From positions 832,001 through 896,000 of the forward strand of contig CAXXVS010000002.1 of assembly GCA_963674755.2 (NCBI GenBank): a DNA stretch of 64,000 nucleotides. The letters run 5' to 3'. The translations under genes were made by a program, and so were the position numbers. Positions 28,431 through 39,232 of this stretch are shown here, in pieces (positions within the stretch are counted from its first letter, which is position 1; each line of letters starts with the position of its first letter). This stretch comes from Desulfobacterales bacterium. Lineage in GTDB: Bacteria > Desulfobacterota > Desulfobacteria > Desulfobacterales > UBA5852. The notes under the pieces were generated by a model that had not been told where the DNA came from, searched no databases, and saw only the letters and a program-made list of their open reading frames with translations.

Positions 28431-31403
28431 TTGACGAAATCAATCGAGCAACTCATGGACGCCTACGAGCGGAATGTGAACAACTATCATCTGCTGATGT
28501 CGCGGCGGGTCAAAGATATTCTTCTGATTTCCAATCTCTACGATGCTTGCATCATCAATGAAGAATGCCGCTTGTCGGAGCGCATCGTACGGGAATACGC
28601 GGGATTGAACCTCAGTCGGCCGCCCCGCGTGACCTGGGCCGAATCGGCGGATGAGGCCATGCGCCTCCTGGGTCGCAACGATTTCGACATGGTCATCACC
28701 ATGTACCGTCTGGCGGACATGGATGCCTTCAACCTGGGGCGTAAAATCAAGTCGCTGTGGCCCAATCTGCCGGTGCTGATGCTGACCCACAATCCCGTGC
28801 CACCTTTATACTGTACGCCTGAAATGGGACGCATCCCGGGCGTCGACCACATCTTCAATTGGACGGGCGATGCTGATTTGGCCATGTCCATGATCAAGTG
28901 TGTGGAAGATTTGCAAAACGTGCCCCTCGATACCGAGAGGGCCGGCATTCGTGTCATTTTGCTGGCGGAGAGCTCCCAACAGCAGCTTTCCGTCGTGCTG
29001 CCGATATTGTATCGCGAAATTATGACCCAGAACGAAGCTGCGCTGGAGGAGGGCTTGGACGAAGAGGACCGCCTGATGATTCGTCAAACCCGGCCGAAAG
29101 TCATTATCGCCGATCACTACGAAAGCGCCCTCAGGCTCTACGAACGCTATAAACCTTTCTTGATGGGAGTGATCGGCTCCTCCCTGCTGGGCCAGGAATG
29201 CCGTCCCGAGGCGCATATGGGATTCTCCCTGCTCGAATCCGTGCGCGCCGACAATCCCCAACTGCCCTTCCTGTTTCTCGCGGCGAGCCCCGAGGAACGC
29301 CAACAGGCCCAAAACCTGGAGGCCGTTGCCGTCAATGCCGCTGAAATTCATCTGAAAGACATGCTGGTGGACTATGGCCGCCGGTTTTTCGGTTTTGGCG
29401 ACTTGGTTTTCCAGGACCAGGGTCACAATGAAGTCGGGCGGGTCCGGTCTTTCCATCAGTTGACGGCCATCCTGAAACAGATCCCGGACGCAACCCTTTT
29501 GGCGGCTGCGCAAGGCCCGGCCCTGCCGCGCTGGCTTTATGCACGGGGAGAGATTGTCCTGGCGGATTACCTCCGGCAAAACTTAAGCGAACAGCGGGAG
29601 GAGGGGCCGCTGAAAGTTCGCCAATTGTTGAACGAAACTTTGGAAATCCGCCGCATTGTGCGTCAAAAGCGAATCGTCGTTGATTTCGACCGGCAAGCGG
29701 TCGACCCGTTGCAGGGTTTCGTCAAGATCGGGCACGGCTCATTAGGGGGCAAAGCCCGGGGATTGGTGTTCCTGGCTTCCCAGGTGAACCCGGAATCCGA
29801 TCTCGTCAAGCGTTTTACGGATGTGCGCATTTTTATCCCCGACACGCTGGTCATCACTACCGAAGCTTTCGAAGCCTTTATCGAAGCCAATCAACTGGAC
29901 ATCTATTCCCGCACTACCATGACGGATCGGGAAATCGCAGAACAGTTTCTGGCGGGGCGGCTTCCGGAAGAGATTCATGACGATCTGAAGGCCTTTGTTG
30001 CCCGCGCGACGTTTCCCCTGGCGGTGCGGTCCTCCAGCCTGCTGGAAGATTCGCAATCCCGCCCCTATGCCGGTATCTACAAGACCTATATGCTGCCCAA
30101 CAATCAGGAAGATGCCGAAGAACGGCTCCAGGCGCTGGCCCGCGCCGTAAAGCTGGTCTATGCGTCCACTTTTTTTGAAGAGCCGCGGGCCTTTTCGGCC
30201 CGCGCGCTGCAAAAACCGGACGAAGAGAAGATGGCTGTCATCATCCAGCGCCTGGTCGGGCGCCTGTATGGCGACCTTTTCTTCCCGGCCATCTCGGGCG
30301 TGGCCCAGTCCTACAATTATTATCCCATGGAGCCCATGAAGCCGGAGGACGGGATTGCCAACATCGCCGTCGGGCTGGGCAAAACCGTGGTGGACGGCGA
30401 ACGCTCGTTGCGCTTCTGCCCCCTGTATCCGCAGCGCTTACCCCAGTTTTCCATCGTCGAAGATATCCTGGAGAATGCCCAGCGGGAATTTTATGGGCTG
30501 CGAATCCCGTCGCCGGACGCCCATCCGGCGCGGAATGAAGATGCAACTTTGGAAAAAAGAGATATCACGGATATTGCCGATCCCGCCTTGAAACAGATGG
30601 TCGCCAGCACCTATCAACCCCAGGAGCACCGCATCAAGGATACCGTTATTGCCGGTGGTCATCCGGTGGTGACCTTCGCCGCCATTCTTAAATACGGCGC
30701 CTTGCCCCTGCCGGAAATATTGTCCGAAGTGATGATCATGGGCCAGAAGGGGATGGATTGTCCGGTGGACGTCGAATTTGCCGTCAATCTGCCCGAAACT
30801 CCCGGTGAAGCGCCGGAGGTGGCCATCCTGCAGATCCGTCCCATGGCCGCACGGGGTGACATGGCCCATGTGGATATTCTTCCGGAGGAGACCAAACGCT
30901 GTTTCTGCTATTCGGAAAATGCCCTTGGCAACGGTATCAGCCGCGATCTGACCGATATCGTTTACGTCAAGCCCCAGGATTTCGATTCGGCCAAAACCGT
31001 GGAGATCGCCAAAGAGATCAGCATCCTGAACGCCGAGCTTGCCAACGCCGATTGTTCCTATATCCTGATCGGCCCCGGACGTTGGGGATCGGCCGACCCC
31101 TGGCTGGGAATTCCGGTACGCTGGGCGGATATCTCGGCGGCCAGCGTCATTGTTGAAACGACTCATGTCTCCTTTACCGCCGACCCGTCCCAGGGATCGC
31201 ATTTCTTTCACAACATGACGTCTCTGGGGATGAGCTATCTCAATATAACCGACGGGGGGCGGGATTTTATCAAACCCAGCTGGTTCAGCTCACAGCCCGT
31301 CATGCGGGTCACCCGCTTCCTTTCGCACATTCGCCTGAATCGACCGGTGGTGGTGAAGGTGGACGGCCGACGATCCCTCGGCGTGATCCGTGACTCACGT
31401 TAG
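28431..31403 (+). CDS. Receiver-like domains fused to a PEP synthase/PPDK N-terminal ATP-grasp domain
   Basis: GSLGGKARGL, LAVRSSSLLEDS..YAGIY, MAVIIQ, DVEFA..LQIRP, GPGRWGSADPWLG, SQGSHFFHN; GAGG RBS before TTG 28431. Confidence 0.8.
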   Translation: MTKSIEQLMDAYERNVNNYHLLMSRRVKDILLISNLYDACIINEECRLSERIVREYAGLNLSRPPRVTWAESADEAMRLLGRNDFDMVITMYRLADMDAFNLGRKIKSLWPNLPVLMLTHNPVPPLYCTPEMGRIPGVDHIFNWTGDADLAMSMIKCVEDLQNVPLDTERAGIRVILLAESSQQQLSVVLPILYREIMTQNEAALEEGLDEEDRLMIRQTRPKVIIADHYESALRLYERYKPFLMGVIGSSLLGQECRPEAHMGFSLLESVRADNPQLPFLFLAASPEERQQAQNLEAVAVNAAEIHLKDMLVDYGRRFFGFGDLVFQDQGHNEVGRVRSFHQLTAILKQIPDATLLAAAQGPALPRWLYARGEIVLADYLRQNLSEQREEGPLKVRQLLNETLEIRRIVRQKRIVVDFDRQAVDPLQGFVKIGHGSLGGKARGLVFLASQVNPESDLVKRFTDVRIFIPDTLVITTEAFEAFIEANQLDIYSRTTMTDREIAEQFLAGRLPEEIHDDLKAFVARATFPLAVRSSSLLEDSQSRPYAGIYKTYMLPNNQEDAEERLQALARAVKLVYASTFFEEPRAFSARALQKPDEEKMAVIIQRLVGRLYGDLFFPAISGVAQSYNYYPMEPMKPEDGIANIAVGLGKTVVDGERSLRFCPLYPQRLPQFSIVEDILENAQREFYGLRIPSPDAHPARNEDATLEKRDITDIADPALKQMVASTYQPQEHRIKDTVIAGGHPVVTFAAILKYGALPLPEILSEVMIMGQKGMDCPVDVEFAVNLPETPGEAPEVAILQIRPMAARGDMAHVDILPEETKRCFCYSENALGNGISRDLTDIVYVKPQDFDSAKTVEIAKEISILNAELANADCSYILIGPGRWGSADPWLGIPVRWADISAASVIVETTHVSFTADPSQGSHFFHNMTSLGMSYLNITDGGRDFIKPSWFSSQPVMRVTRFLSHIRLNRPVVVKVDGRRSLGVIRDSR

Positions 31404-31510
31404 GCAATGGCCAAGCCGACCATTTCATCGGTATCGCACTTGCCGACAGCCCGGTGGCCGTTAGTTGCATCGGGCGGCCTTCGGTCCACACCTAACCTCG
31501 GAGGGCCGCG

Positions 31511-32716
31511 ATGATCACCCTATCCGACATTGCAGCGGCTTCCGACCGTATCAAAGGCCGAATTCTCACCACCCCGCTGGTGTTTTCCCCCGCCTTAAGC
31601 CGGATGTTCAACGGCGATATCTACCTGAAGATGGAGAATCTCCAGAAGACGGGTTCCTTTAAAATTCGCGGCGCCATGAATCTCATCAAAGCCTGTCAGG
31701 AGAAGATTCCTTCCTCCGGAGTTGTGGCTGCTTCAGCCGGCAACCACGCCCAGGGCGTGGCCCTGGCCGCCCGACAGGCAGGGATCCCGGCCACCATCGT
31801 CATGCCGGTGGGGTCTTCCATTTCCAAGCAGGAGGCCACCCGGAACTACGGCGGTAACGTCATTCTCGAAGGCCGGAGCGTCTCCGACAGTTTGGTCTAT
31901 GCGAAGCAATTGGCGCGGGATGGGCGGATGTTCATCCATCCCTTCGACGATCCGCTGATCATGGCCGGTCAGGGCACCATCGCCCTGGAAATCCTGGCCT
32001 CACTGCCGGAAGTGAATCGGGTCATCGTTCCGGTGGGCGGCGGAGGCCTGATCGCCGGAATGGCGGTGGCCCTGCGGGCCCTGAAGCCCGATGTCACAAT
32101 TACGGGCGTCCAGGCCGAGGTTTGTCCGTCCGCCGCGGCAGCCCTGCGGAAAGGTGCGGTGGTCTCGGTGCCGGGGGGCATATCGATTGCGGACGGCATT
32201 GCGGTGCGGCAGACGGGAAAGGCCACTTTTGCGATTATTCACGATCAGGTGGACGAAATTGCGGTGGTCAGGGAAGAGGATATCGCCGCCGCCATTCTGC
32301 TGCTGATGGAGCGCAAAAAAATTGTCGCCGAAGGCGCCGGGGCAGTGGCCCTGGCCGCCTTAATGGGCAGCGTCGTGAACATTCAGCCGGGCCAGAAAAC
32401 CGTCCTGCTGATCAGCGGCGGCAATCTGGACAGCCCGTTGCTGGGACGCATCATCCGCAAGGGGTTGATTCAGAGCGGGCGCATCATGCGCATCAATGTC
32501 ATGCTGGAGGACATTCCCGGCGCATTGGCCGGCCTGCTGAACCTTATTGCCGACAACAATGCCAATGTGCTCCACATCCACCACGATCGATCCCGTCGGG
32601 ATTTTCCCGTCAACGTAACCGCCGTCGAACTTGAGCTGGAGACCCGGGGTGAAGACCACATCGCCACCATAAAGCAGGCCCTGGACCAAGCCGGATACTC
32701 CCTGGTATTTTGCTGA
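31511..32716 (+). CDS. ilvA: Threonine ammonia-lyase with a C-terminal ACT domain
   Basis: ENLQKTGSFKIRGA PLP Lys, SAGNHAQG, PVGGGGL, SGGN. Confidence 0.9.
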   Translation: MITLSDIAAASDRIKGRILTTPLVFSPALSRMFNGDIYLKMENLQKTGSFKIRGAMNLIKACQEKIPSSGVVAASAGNHAQGVALAARQAGIPATIVMPVGSSISKQEATRNYGGNVILEGRSVSDSLVYAKQLARDGRMFIHPFDDPLIMAGQGTIALEILASLPEVNRVIVPVGGGGLIAGMAVALRALKPDVTITGVQAEVCPSAAAALRKGAVVSVPGGISIADGIAVRQTGKATFAIIHDQVDEIAVVREEDIAAAILLLMERKKIVAEGAGAVALAALMGSVVNIQPGQKTVLLISGGNLDSPLLGRIIRKGLIQSGRIMRINVMLEDIPGALAGLLNLIADNNANVLHIHHDRSRRDFPVNVTAVELELETRGEDHIATIKQALDQAGYSLVFC

Positions 32717-32745
32717 ACCATCGGGTGCCAACCCGGGCACCTGTT

Positions 32746-33984
32746 CTATAAATTCCAGGCCAGTGAGAGTTGGTTTTTATTCACCGCCAGATTGAGGGTG
32801 TCCGACACCAGCTCATGGTGGCGGTCTTCAAAGGGCAGATAGACCAACAGACCCTTGCGGGCGTTGATGCCGATGTGGGGGAGCATTTCAGCCATGCGCT
32901 CCAGGGGTCTGATGAGCCCGGCCAGGCAGGTGCGCAGGGTTTCCACGGCGTCATTGACCGGAAGATTGATCCCAAGGCAGTTATTTTCCGGAAAGCGGTG
33001 TTCCAGGTGCCCGGGCGGCAGGGCGGTCGACAACACCTGCATCAGCCGCAGGAAGACGCGCGGACGGACTTTGAAGGCCGGGATCCAGAACCTGAAGGGA
33101 AGCGTCTCCCAGGCATCTTGAGGCGCCTTGGGCAGGTTGGCCAGGCGCACCAGATCGGCATAGGAGTTTAGTGGCAGCCCCTTGACATCCGCCTTGATAC
33201 GCCAGAAGGGCAGATAGTGCGGATCGGGAAAATTCGCCGGGGCGTAAGCGCAGGGAACGCTGGTGAATCCTGATCCGGCCGGTTGCCAGAGGGAACGGCA
33301 GTTTGCGCATGCCAGGACATGGGCATTACGGGCCCCCGTCAGATCCCATCCACAATTGGGACAGAGGGTCGCAATGAATTGAAGGCGCGTGCGAGCCGCC
33401 CCTCCCGGGAAATCCTCCGGCTGCCAGGGAAAGGGGACTTCATTGGCCAGGGGCCGGTTGAGAACGGCGTCCACCAATCCGTTGCCCAGATAGTAAGGGG
33501 CATAGATCATGCTGACCGTCTCCCCGATATGGGCCTGATGGAGAAGAGGTTGCGCCATGCCGCGGTTGAATCGCCGGCTGAAGATGGCCATGACATCCCC
33601 CAGTTCGGTCTGGGGGGTCACAAAATACCCTGGCGTCTGGCCGGTGACCAATCCCAGCGTCAGGGCCTGGCTGCGAAGGCCCAGCGAGACCGGAAAGCGG
33701 GGAGACAGGCAGGCCTGATGACTCGTGTCGATGAATTGGGCTTGGGGACCTTCAGGGAGGCAGGCGAACCGCATGCCTTTGAAGCGCCAGTAAGGGAAGT
33801 AGATCAATTCCTTCCCCTCCGGTGCCTTGTGGGGTAAGTGGTATTGGGAAACCCCGCGGGCTACAATATAAGATTTGACGCGGCAGTACGCGCAGGAAAA
33901 CAGACGGTCGGATTCCAGAAGGGTGGCCGGTGCACCGCATTGGGGGCACTGACACTGGATTTGAAGATCAGAGTTTTTCACCAC
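32746..33984 (-). CDS. Hypothetical protein with two zinc-ribbon pairs
   Basis: CPQCGA..CAYC and CPNCG..CANC, each followed by a PYW/PFW motif; overlaps the end of the SPFH gene. Confidence 0.65.
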   Translation of the reverse strand: MVKNSDLQIQCQCPQCGAPATLLESDRLFSCAYCRVKSYIVARGVSQYHLPHKAPEGKELIYFPYWRFKGMRFACLPEGPQAQFIDTSHQACLSPRFPVSLGLRSQALTLGLVTGQTPGYFVTPQTELGDVMAIFSRRFNRGMAQPLLHQAHIGETVSMIYAPYYLGNGLVDAVLNRPLANEVPFPWQPEDFPGGAARTRLQFIATLCPNCGWDLTGARNAHVLACANCRSLWQPAGSGFTSVPCAYAPANFPDPHYLPFWRIKADVKGLPLNSYADLVRLANLPKAPQDAWETLPFRFWIPAFKVRPRVFLRLMQVLSTALPPGHLEHRFPENNCLGINLPVNDAVETLRTCLAGLIRPLERMAEMLPHIGINARKGLLVYLPFEDRHHELVSDTLNLAVNKNQLSLAWNL

Positions 33985-35107
33985 AGGCGTTGCAATAGAC
34001 CGCGTCCGTCAGGTTTTCGTTGCCGCACTGGCCGCAGACCCGTTTGGCAGGGGCCTGATCGGCCGGATGGCCGCAGCGGGAGCAGAAACGCGCGTTGGGG
34101 GCCAGGTTTTTACCGCAGGCCGCACACTGATGAAATACGAGCTGCTGGTGGCCGCAATAGGGACAGAAACGGGCATTGAGCGGAATGTGTTGTCGGCATT
34201 CAGGGCATTGGGCCTCGGGATCATCGGCCGCCGGCCGCTTTTGAGGGTCGGCGTCAGTAAAATAGCGCGCCAGCATGGCCGGCATCATCAGGCCGATGCC
34301 GGCCCCCATCCCGGCCCCGGTCATATCTCCGCTGCCCTCAGTCGCTTTTTCCACGGCCATGGCCGTTTTCATCTGCATGAGTTTGTGCATGTCGTTGATG
34401 GCCCCCATCCGGCTGCGATCGTCGATGGCCTTCTGGACTTCCGCCGGCGGCGTGATGGCATTGATGTAAAGATGGGTAAGCGCCAAACCGAAATGGCTGA
34501 AGTCCTCCTGCATGCGCGTCATCAGGCCTTCCGATAAACGGTCATAATGTGACGGGAGCGCCAGCAGGGAGTCCAGATTTTCGCCCATATAATCATTGAA
34601 GCGGCTGATGATCACCTGGTTGAGGTAGTCTTCGATGGCGTCCGCGGTATAGACGCCTTGGGTACCCACCAGGCGGTTGATCATCAGGACGGGCTGGACG
34701 ACCCGCAGGTTGAACACGCCATAGGCCCGCAAACGAACAAGACCCAGCTCGCTGTCTCTGAAGGCCACCGGATCCCGCGTGCCCCACTTAAGATTCGTGA
34801 ACACCTTCATGTTGACGAAATAAACTTCGGCGCGCAGTGGGCTGGACATGCCCCAGGGCAGGCTGGCGATTTTGGTCAAAATGGGGATGTTGGCGGTTTT
34901 TAGGGTGTGCCGCCCCGGGCCGAAGGCTTCCAGCGCTTTGCCCTTGTAGAAGAAAACGGCGGTCTGGTTTTCCCGCACCGTGAGCTGGGCTCCGTATTTG
35001 ATTTCACCGGAGCCCTCCTGGGGAATGCGCTGGACCAGCTGGGCACCCGTATCATCGAACCACTCCAGGTTTTCCAGAAACACAAGGTTCATTCGATTCA
35101 TGCTCAT
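33968..35107 (-). CDS. SPFH/band-7 (YdjI-like) protein with C-terminal zinc ribbons
   Basis: GAQLTVRENQ.A, GPGRHTL.T.N.P, KWGT.DP; three CxxC...CxxC ribbons. Confidence 0.85.
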   Translation of the reverse strand: MSMNRMNLVFLENLEWFDDTGAQLVQRIPQEGSGEIKYGAQLTVRENQTAVFFYKGKALEAFGPGRHTLKTANIPILTKIASLPWGMSSPLRAEVYFVNMKVFTNLKWGTRDPVAFRDSELGLVRLRAYGVFNLRVVQPVLMINRLVGTQGVYTADAIEDYLNQVIISRFNDYMGENLDSLLALPSHYDRLSEGLMTRMQEDFSHFGLALTHLYINAITPPAEVQKAIDDRSRMGAINDMHKLMQMKTAMAVEKATEGSGDMTGAGMGAGIGLMMPAMLARYFTDADPQKRPAADDPEAQCPECRQHIPLNARFCPYCGHQQLVFHQCAACGKNLAPNARFCSRCGHPADQAPAKRVCGQCGNENLTDAVYCNACGEKL

Positions 35108-35392
35108 GAAGGCGCCTCCTCCTCGGGCTGCATGAACTGCGAATTCGGAGATTTCTTCCTAGTATAGAAGCATGGACCGGGATCGATGTCAATCATCCGG
35201 GCACCTGATGATGCCGGTGCTAACCGGCGCAATTGTAGATGAGGCGCCGATATCCAGTTGCCTTTGGAAGCGATATTTGGTAATCCCCAATTCTTTCAAC
35301 CCTTGGCCGGAAAGGCGAATTCAGGTCCTCTCGGGTTGGATTCATGGTGACCAATCCGTCCCCAGCATAGGAAAAACATAGCGAGGCTGACC

Positions 35393-35539
35393 ATGACCAA
35401 ACAGGTCGTTTTCTACGGGGTTAAGCTCCCGTTCATGCTGCTGCTGATGATCTTCGGGTTCATGCTGGAATATGTCGTCGAGCTCCCCTTTGGCCTGATG
35501 ACGCGCCTGGATGCCAGGCCGCGGCGCAAGCCCTGGTGA
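35393..35539 (+). CDS. 48-aa small membrane protein (not in the ORF track)
   Basis: GAGG RBS; MTKQVVFYGVKLPFMLLLMIFGFMLEYVVELPFGLMTRLDARPRRKPW has one hydrophobic helix and a basic tail. Confidence 0.5.
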   Translation: MTKQVVFYGVKLPFMLLLMIFGFMLEYVVELPFGLMTRLDARPRRKPW

Positions 35540-35621
35540 CCGGCCGGTTTTGACTTCACCGGGCTCCTTGGCTATAACAACACCTGAATAGGGATCCAAC
35601 CCCCAACCCCACGGAGGCGCC

Positions 35622-36680
35622 ATGCAGATCTTGGGCATTGATGTCGGCTTCGGTTTTACCAAAGCCACCGACGGCAAAGAGACGGTCGTCTTCAAGTCCA
35701 TTTACGGCGATGCTACGGAAATCCAGTTCTGGGTGGATTTCCAGGATCGCAGCCTCACCGAGTATTTTCATGTCACCATGGACGGGAAGTCCTATTTTGT
35801 AGGGGATCTTGCCGAACAACAATCCGATGTCGTAAGCTTCACCCTCGATCAGGACCGCATGATCGCCGATTTCGTGCGGCTTTTTGCGCTGACCGTGGCC
35901 GGTCTTTTCCATAAGAATGACGAAGCCGGGGAGGCGCCCCTGCGCATTGTTTCCGGTCTTCCAGTGGGATTTTTCAAACAATACCAGGACCGTTTCAAGG
36001 AAGCCCTCAAGGGCCGGCATACCATTACCTACCACAGCCCCGACGGCAGCCGCATCACCAAGAAATTTGTTGTCGACGCTGTTCAATTGCTGCCCCAGCC
36101 CATGGGCAGCGTGCTCAATCTCCTGATGGACGGCACCGGGCAGATCACCGACACCGAACTGGCCCGTCAGAAGATCGGGGTGGTCGATATCGGCTTTCGC
36201 ACTACGGATTATACGGTGATTGACCGCCTGCGGTATATTGAACGAAGCAGCCGGACCATGGACAGCGGCATCGCCAAAGCCTTCGCCGTGATCGCCAATA
36301 AGCTGCGCGAGAAGAGCGGCGTCAATGTGGAACTCTACCGGCTTTTCGAAGCCGTGCGCAAAGGCACGATCAAGATGCGCGGGCAGGGGTTCAATTTCGC
36401 CAAAATCCGCGACCAGATTTACGCCCAGTTGGCGACGACCATCGCGGGCGACATGGATCGGCTCTGGGCCGGCGACTGGGATATCGATACCATTGTCCTG
36501 ACCGGCGGCGGCTGCCAGGATCTGGCAACCCATCTGCAGCCCTTGATCACCGGCAATATCCGCACGGCCCCGAACCTTCACGATCCACGGTTGTCCAATG
36601 TCGAGGGCTATCTTAAATACGGCCGTTATCTTTGGGCGCCCAGGCAGGCAACAGACGAGGAGACACCTCCGCAAGATTGA
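35622..36680 (+). CDS. ParM/StbA-family actin-like ATPase
   Basis: GIDVGFGFTK (phosphate-1), SGLP, LPQPMG, VVDIGFRTTD (phosphate-2), LTGGG; GGAGG RBS. Confidence 0.85.
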   Translation: MQILGIDVGFGFTKATDGKETVVFKSIYGDATEIQFWVDFQDRSLTEYFHVTMDGKSYFVGDLAEQQSDVVSFTLDQDRMIADFVRLFALTVAGLFHKNDEAGEAPLRIVSGLPVGFFKQYQDRFKEALKGRHTITYHSPDGSRITKKFVVDAVQLLPQPMGSVLNLLMDGTGQITDTELARQKIGVVDIGFRTTDYTVIDRLRYIERSSRTMDSGIAKAFAVIANKLREKSGVNVELYRLFEAVRKGTIKMRGQGFNFAKIRDQIYAQLATTIAGDMDRLWAGDWDIDTIVLTGGGCQDLATHLQPLITGNIRTAPNLHDPRLSNVEGYLKYGRYLWAPRQATDEETPPQD

Positions 36681-36757
36681 GGGGGAGGGGTGGCGCGCCG
36701 TGTGTAAAACCACCGGATCGCAGCGCAACAGCAGCGCTCATCGCGGTGATCGCTTCC

Positions 36758-36961
36758 CTATGGCTGTTTAAAATACCACACGGCTATGGGAAGAAGAATG
36801 GTGGCTAGGACGACCAGGATACCCGGCGGCGTGAGATAGACCGCATACCAGGGCTTGCCGTTGCGCCGCGCCGCGCGAAGTTCGTTCAGAAACCAGTTGC
36901 CCAGCAAGGCGGCTGCGGCCAGGATGGCAACCATTTTAACGAGTTGGATAAGCATGCTCAT
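36758..36961 (-). CDS. Small two-TM membrane protein
   Basis: Two hydrophobic helices around a RAARRNGKPWY loop; directly downstream of the hybrid kinase. Confidence 0.6.
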   Translation of the reverse strand: MSMLIQLVKMVAILAAAALLGNWFLNELRAARRNGKPWYAVYLTPPGILVVLATILLPIAVWYFKQP

Positions 36962-36977
36962 CTCAGGCGGCGGAGCA

Positions 36978-38657
36978 TCAGAGCGCCTGCTCCTCGGAAG
37001 TCGGCGGGGGGTTATGATCCGGTGAGCTACTTTCTCCGGCGGCTTGGTGGTCATCCAGAACGCGTCGTATGGATTGGGCCAGGTCTTTTCTAGTCAGAGG
37101 TTTCATCAAACAATCTTTGATACCCAGTTCCGTGAATCGTTCACGGGATACGATGTCGCTGTATCCGGTGAAAAGGATGATCGGCAAATCCGGTCGGATA
37201 CGCATGGCCTCGCGGGCCAGAACCTCGCCCGTCATTTTAGGCATGGTCAAATCACTAATGAGGAGATCGAAGCGATCGGGCTCATTTTTAATGCGTTCGA
37301 TGGCCTCCAGACTGGAGGTGGTCGTTTCGACCTGATAGCCGAGGGTCTTCAGGATTTCCTGTCCGATATCCACCAGCGCCGGTTCGTCATCCACAAAAAG
37401 AATGCGTTCATGCCCGTGATAGGTATCCGGCGTGACGGACTGAGGTCGCTCTTCAGTACGCGCATTCTTGTGTCGTTCCGGGAAATAGATATGGAAGGTG
37501 GTGCCTTCGCCGATCTTGCTTTCCACCGCAATGGCACCTCCATGGCTGCTCACGATACCGTGCACCACCGCCAGTCCGAGTCCGGTCCCTTCGCCCTTTT
37601 CCTTGGAAGTGAAATAGGGGTCGAAAATGCGGTCGATGTACTCGCGGGGGATGCCATGGCCGGTGTCCTGGATGCGCAGCTCGAGGTAGGCCCCGGGCTT
37701 TATGCCACCCAGCTGGGCGGCCCTGCCGTTGTCGATTTCACTCGTTGAAAGGCTGATTTCAAGCTTGCCGCCCTTTTCCCGCATGGCATGATGGGCGTTG
37801 GTGCACATGTTCATCAGGATTTGATGGATCTGAATCGGATCGGCTTCCACCACAGCGCCGTGATTGAGATTGTGGCCGCAGATTTCGATCGTTGACGGGA
37901 GCGAAGCGCGGATAAGTTTGAGAACTTCCTTGACGATCAGGTTGATTTGGACCGGCTGTTTTTCCTGTTCAGTCTGGCGGCTGAAGGATAATATCTGGTT
38001 GATCAAGCCTTTGGCCCGTTGACTGGCCGTGAGAATGTTGTCCAGCGCTTCGGTGGGGGTTTTCCCCTGGGAGAGCTGCAGACCGGCGATTTCGGTATAG
38101 CCGAAGATGGATTGCAGAATGTTATTGAAATCGTGGGCGATACCGCCGGCCAGCGTGCCGATGGCCTCCATTTTCTGGGCCTGGCGAAGTTGTGCTCTGA
38201 GCTTGGCCTTTTCCCGGTCGGATTGAATCCTTTCGGTGATATCGCGGGCAATGGTTAATACGGCGGGTTTGTTGTCGTATTCAATCGCCCGGCAGCTCGT
38301 CTCCACCGGCAGGGTTTTGCCTTCCGAGGATACCAGGGCCGTCTCGAAAATAATGTGACGCAGCCGGCGCAGCTCATCCATGCGTTCCGGCCAGAAAGGC
38401 GCGTGTTCGGGCGATATGATATCCATTGTGGTTTTGTTGAGGAGGTCATGGTGCGAGATGTGCAGCTGCTCGCAGGCCACACGATTGCCATCGATAATCT
38501 GGCCCTTGAAATCCATGACGAATATGGCGTCACCAGCGCTTTCAAACAGCGTTTTATAGCGGTTGGTGGACGCCATCAACGCCTTTACCGTGCACACATC
38601 AAAGGAGAGGCTGCGGAAGTCAGCGTTGTCGCCCTTGCCTGAGCGGCTGTTTTTCAT
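36978..38657 (-). CDS. Cytoplasmic PAS hybrid histidine kinase with a receiver domain
   Basis: [12 protein letters not shown]-box; DTGHG, FTSK, GTGLGL; LFVDDE and SDLTMP receiver. Confidence 0.92.
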   Translation of the reverse strand: MKNSRSGKGDNADFRSLSFDVCTVKALMASTNRYKTLFESAGDAIFVMDFKGQIIDGNRVACEQLHISHHDLLNKTTMDIISPEHAPFWPERMDELRRLRHIIFETALVSSEGKTLPVETSCRAIEYDNKPAVLTIARDITERIQSDREKAKLRAQLRQAQKMEAIGTLAGGIAHDFNNILQSIFGYTEIAGLQLSQGKTPTEALDNILTASQRAKGLINQILSFSRQTEQEKQPVQINLIVKEVLKLIRASLPSTIEICGHNLNHGAVVEADPIQIHQILMNMCTNAHHAMREKGGKLEISLSTSEIDNGRAAQLGGIKPGAYLELRIQDTGHGIPREYIDRIFDPYFTSKEKGEGTGLGLAVVHGIVSSHGGAIAVESKIGEGTTFHIYFPERHKNARTEERPQSVTPDTYHGHERILFVDDEPALVDIGQEILKTLGYQVETTTSSLEAIERIKNEPDRFDLLISDLTMPKMTGEVLAREAMRIRPDLPIILFTGYSDIVSRERFTELGIKDCLMKPLTRKDLAQSIRRVLDDHQAAGESSSPDHNPPPTSEEQAL

Positions 38658-39155
38658 GATATCACCGCATTTTCCATTGGTCGCCAGCGTGGATTGCCGA
38701 AAACGGGTTGCATGGGATTGGTGCCGCAAGGGCCTTACACAAAACAGGCCGGCAAGCCTTAAAAAGCAGCCTGATTCGTTAAACTTCGCTAAATATTCTA
38801 TCAGGTTGTCGAGCCTGTGTAAATACGGATTTCGGACGCCGGCACAGGCCAATCACTGGCTAGGGGTAAGGCACAATGATCACAGTGGGGGCCGGCATGC
38901 AGGGCCGGCGCGCCACTATTTCAGCAGCGATATAATTGCCGTTCATCCGATGAAGCTCGGATGCGCTCTTTCGCAAAAATAGAGCGGTTTTACGCCATTC
39001 TTGGAAAGTCGGATAAGGCGCTCAGGGCGTACCGGCTGCGCGCCCGGGCCACCCACGCCATTGTTTGTCGGCAATTTTGACCGACAATGAAGGGCAGGCG
39101 TGCTAAAATGGAAGAAGGGCGAAACCGAAGCGATTATGCATTCGCGATAAAATCG

Positions 39156-39232
<77 letters not shown>

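Noticed and set aside
12516..39078. Shared 12-mer GTCGGCAATTTT at 12516-27 (minus strand) and 39067-78 as a regulator site
   Set aside because: A 12-mer match is expected by chance at this scale, and the same word also occurs inside the livG-like coding sequence near 60192.
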